Assembly: GCA_016292335.1 (NCBI GenBank)
Contig: JAECRX010000097.1
Span: forward strand, 1 to 38,150
DNA length: 38,150 nt
Reading direction: 5' to 3'
Origin: Candidatus Sifarchaeum subterraneum
Lineage (GTDB): Archaea; Asgardarchaeota; Sifarchaeia; Sifarchaeales; Sifarchaeaceae
Part shown: piece after piece, positions 36,234-38,150 of the stretch
How the letters are laid out: every line of letters begins with the position of its first letter
Position numbering within the stretch: position 1 is the first letter of the stretch
Made by a program: the position numbers and the translations under genes
The notes under the pieces: generated by a model
The model's input: only the letters and a program-made list of their open reading frames with translations
Told to the model about the DNA's origin: nothing
Database searches by the model: none

Positions 36234-37247
36234 TTAGGAAAATTCTCTCCTTCTGTCAATTATTTCTTCGACTTCTGGGCCCACACCGATCAAGGTAACA
36301 GGGATACCGATCTCTTTTTCAATATTTTTTATGAAATCAGATGCGGTACTAGACAATTTATTGAAAGATTTAACACCTTTACACTCAGGAAAGACAATAT
36401 CTAACTTTGTAATTGCAGCTTGTGTTGCGCCATTAAGCATGGTTGCTCTTTTAGCCAATTTTATGTTGAAAGGTGCGCTCCTCCTCTTTCTCCCAGTTAC
36501 CGTGGCAACTTCGAACCATCCTCTTTTTTTAGCTTCTTCCTCTGAAAGTTCATTTTCTAAGTATCCTGAACCAACACGTGTGACGAATGCCTTAAAAACT
36601 ACAATTACGGCGTTGACCCTTGTTGGCCCTAATCCGATATCCGAACAAACCGCTGCCGCCGTGATATCTTTGCTTGTCACAAAAGGATAGGTTCCATGAT
36701 AAAGTGAAAGAAAAGTTCCTTGAGTTCCTTCAATTAAAACTTTTCCACCTTGATCTAATGCTGTGTTAACTTCAAGAGGTACATCTGTAAAGTATTCCTT
36801 TAAAGAAGGGATCTCTTTTGCTATTTTTACTTTCCTGATTGCTCTTTCTGCGTTACAGGGGCCACAACCAGTACCAGTGCTACCGATCTTTTTTGCAGTA
36901 TGTGGAGATGACTGATCAAGAGAAATATGTTCCTTGGTTATGATGGCGCATTGTTCGTCTAAACCTATTCTATTTTCGACGTCCGTTTCTGAAACTTCTT
37001 TATGGAAAATATCTGGATCAACTAATACACCTGGACCAATAAGAAGTCTAGAGTCTTCACTCACAAATCCAGTAGGGATTTGCCTAATTTTATAGGTTAT
37101 ATCTTTCACTACGACAGTATGTCCAGCATTTGTTCCTACACCTGCTCTTACAACAATATTTGGTTTATCTTTAAAACTTAAGTAGGAAACAATTTTTCCT
37201 TTTCCTTCATCGCCGAAAAATCCTCCTACAACAATAGTAGCTCCCAT
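36234..37247 (-). CDS. purA: Adenylosuccinate synthetase (short archaeal form)
   Basis: 337 aa. Motifs are GDEGKGK, GSTGTGCGP, TKLD and VGPEVEE. Confidence 0.9.
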   Translation of the reverse strand: MGATIVVGGFFGDEGKGKIVSYLSFKDKPNIVVRAGVGTNAGHTVVVKDITYKIRQIPTGFVSEDSRLLIGPGVLVDPDIFHKEVSETDVENRIGLDEQCAIITKEHISLDQSSPHTAKKIGSTGTGCGPCNAERAIRKVKIAKEIPSLKEYFTDVPLEVNTALDQGGKVLIEGTQGTFLSLYHGTYPFVTSKDITAAAVCSDIGLGPTRVNAVIVVFKAFVTRVGSGYLENELSEEEAKKRGWFEVATVTGRKRRSAPFNIKLAKRATMLNGATQAAITKLDIVFPECKGVKSFNKLSSTASDFIKNIEKEIGIPVTLIGVGPEVEEIIDRRREFS

Positions 37248-37463
37248 GTTTTAAACTCCTTTAATTTTTTTGCAGCTTCTTAAATATTTTCACAAAGGAA
37301 AAATATAGGTTCTAAACCTTTTTACGCACATTTTTAATTTTATAACCAATATTTGTGATTGATTTCTTCACAAAAATCCGGATAAATTGATTTCATATTG
37401 CAAGATTACAACAAAAATTACTATACAAAGGTGAAGATGTGTGAAAAATGGGTCTAAGCTGAA

Positions 37464-38150
37464 TTAGTTGGATTTCATTTTTTTTATTTTTTCAAGTTCT
37501 TTTTGGATTAATTTATTTGCCAACTCTGGGTCAACTCTACCCTCCGTTTTTTCCATAACCTTACCAACTAAGAAATGTTTTGTTTTTGGATTGAATAAAG
37601 CATCTTTTACAGCTTTCTCATTCGTTTTAAAAACTTCTTCAACAATAGGCTTGATGAGCTTTTCATCATTGATCACTTCTAAGTTTTCACTTTCTATAAT
37701 AATTTTAGGGGGGTTTCCTGTCTCAAGCATTTTTTTCAAAACTTTTTTCCCAATCTTCCCAGTAATAATTCCATCATCAATTAATTGGATCATTTCAATC
37801 AGATGTTCGGGAGAAATTTTAATTTCTGAAAAATCAAGATCGAGTTCGTGGATATACTTTTGAAGGTCGGTCATCATCCAGTTTGAAATAACCTTGGCAT
37901 TGGGATATAATTTGAAACTTTCTTCGAAAAAATCAGCCAACCATTTACTACCTACAAGGACATCAGCGTCATACTCGGGCAATCCATATTTCATGATGAA
38001 ACGCTTTTTACGTGCGTCAGGCAATTCGGGCATTCTTGAAGCTATTTTATCAATCCATTCGTCACTTATGAAAAATGGCGGCAAATCTGGTTCTGGAAAA
38101 TATCTATAATCATGTTCTTCCTCCTTAACTCTCAAAGAAAAGGTAATGCG
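37464..38150 (-). CDS. gatB: Asp/Glu-tRNA(Asn/Gln) amidotransferase subunit B, C-terminal part (gene runs off the window)
   Basis: The frame is open to the window edge. It has KEEEHDYRYFPEPDLPP and a C-terminal YqeY/GatB domain (FLVGKVMEKTEGRVDPELANKLI). Confidence 0.8.
   Translation of the reverse strand, partial: RITFSLRVKEEEHDYRYFPEPDLPPFFISDEWIDKIASRMPELPDARKKRFIMKYGLPEYDADVLVGSKWLADFFEESFKLYPNAKVISNWMMTDLQKYIHELDLDFSEIKISPEHLIEMIQLIDDGIITGKIGKKVLKKMLETGNPPKIIIESENLEVINDEKLIKPIVEEVFKTNEKAVKDALFNPKTKHFLVGKVMEKTEGRVDPELANKLIQKELEKIKKMKSN

Noticed and set aside
1-38150. CRISPR arrays, rRNA genes, integrases/transposases and prophage modules.
   Set aside because: I found no regularly spaced direct repeats, no rRNA-like conserved blocks and no ORF with transposase, integrase or capsid motifs.

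Overview
This is an AT-rich archaeal chromosomal segment. TTG starts are frequent and sit behind GGTGAT/GGAGG Shine-Dalgarno-like motifs. There is a multi-intron tRNA, and the housekeeping genes are archaeal: ArcS and ArcTGT, class I HMG-CoA reductase, ArgRS, Hef, Lhr, L30e-NusA, short-form PurA and GatB. A Rab/Ras-like GTPase, an Arf-like GTPase and a Roadblock/LC7 protein point to an Asgard (Lokiarchaeia-like) genome; this is inference from gene content only. I support about 33 CDS and 2 tRNA-Arg genes. I see no CRISPR array, rRNA, transposase or integrase. Coding density is low for a prokaryote, with several ORF-free spacers of 450-780 nt. Five things stand out. (1) A multi-copy family of GC-rich islands of about 120-275 nt sits in intergenic DNA. 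Copies share a hairpin architecture and a 3' signature (CTTCAGG-loop hairpin followed by AGTAGTTGAC) rather than high identity, and almost all lie on the + strand. It could be a new structured ncRNA family or IS200/IS605-like non-autonomous, omega-RNA-like elements with no transposase in the window. (2) A second conserved structured element of about 130 nt lies immediately 5' of hef and of the AK6/Fap7-like gene. (3) A tightly overlapping four-gene operon joins an Arf-like small GTPase and an orphan partner protein to a corrinoid protein and a URO-D-like methyltransferase. (4) argS is flanked by two tRNA-Arg genes, one with two non-canonical introns. (5) An active and a Walker-A-less KaiC-like ATPase form a pair next to a Rab-like GTPase and Roadblock neighbourhood. 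Smaller points are an apparent frame break at the N-terminus of the RsmB/NOP2-like gene and a 58-aa zinc-ribbon ORF missed by the ORF track.
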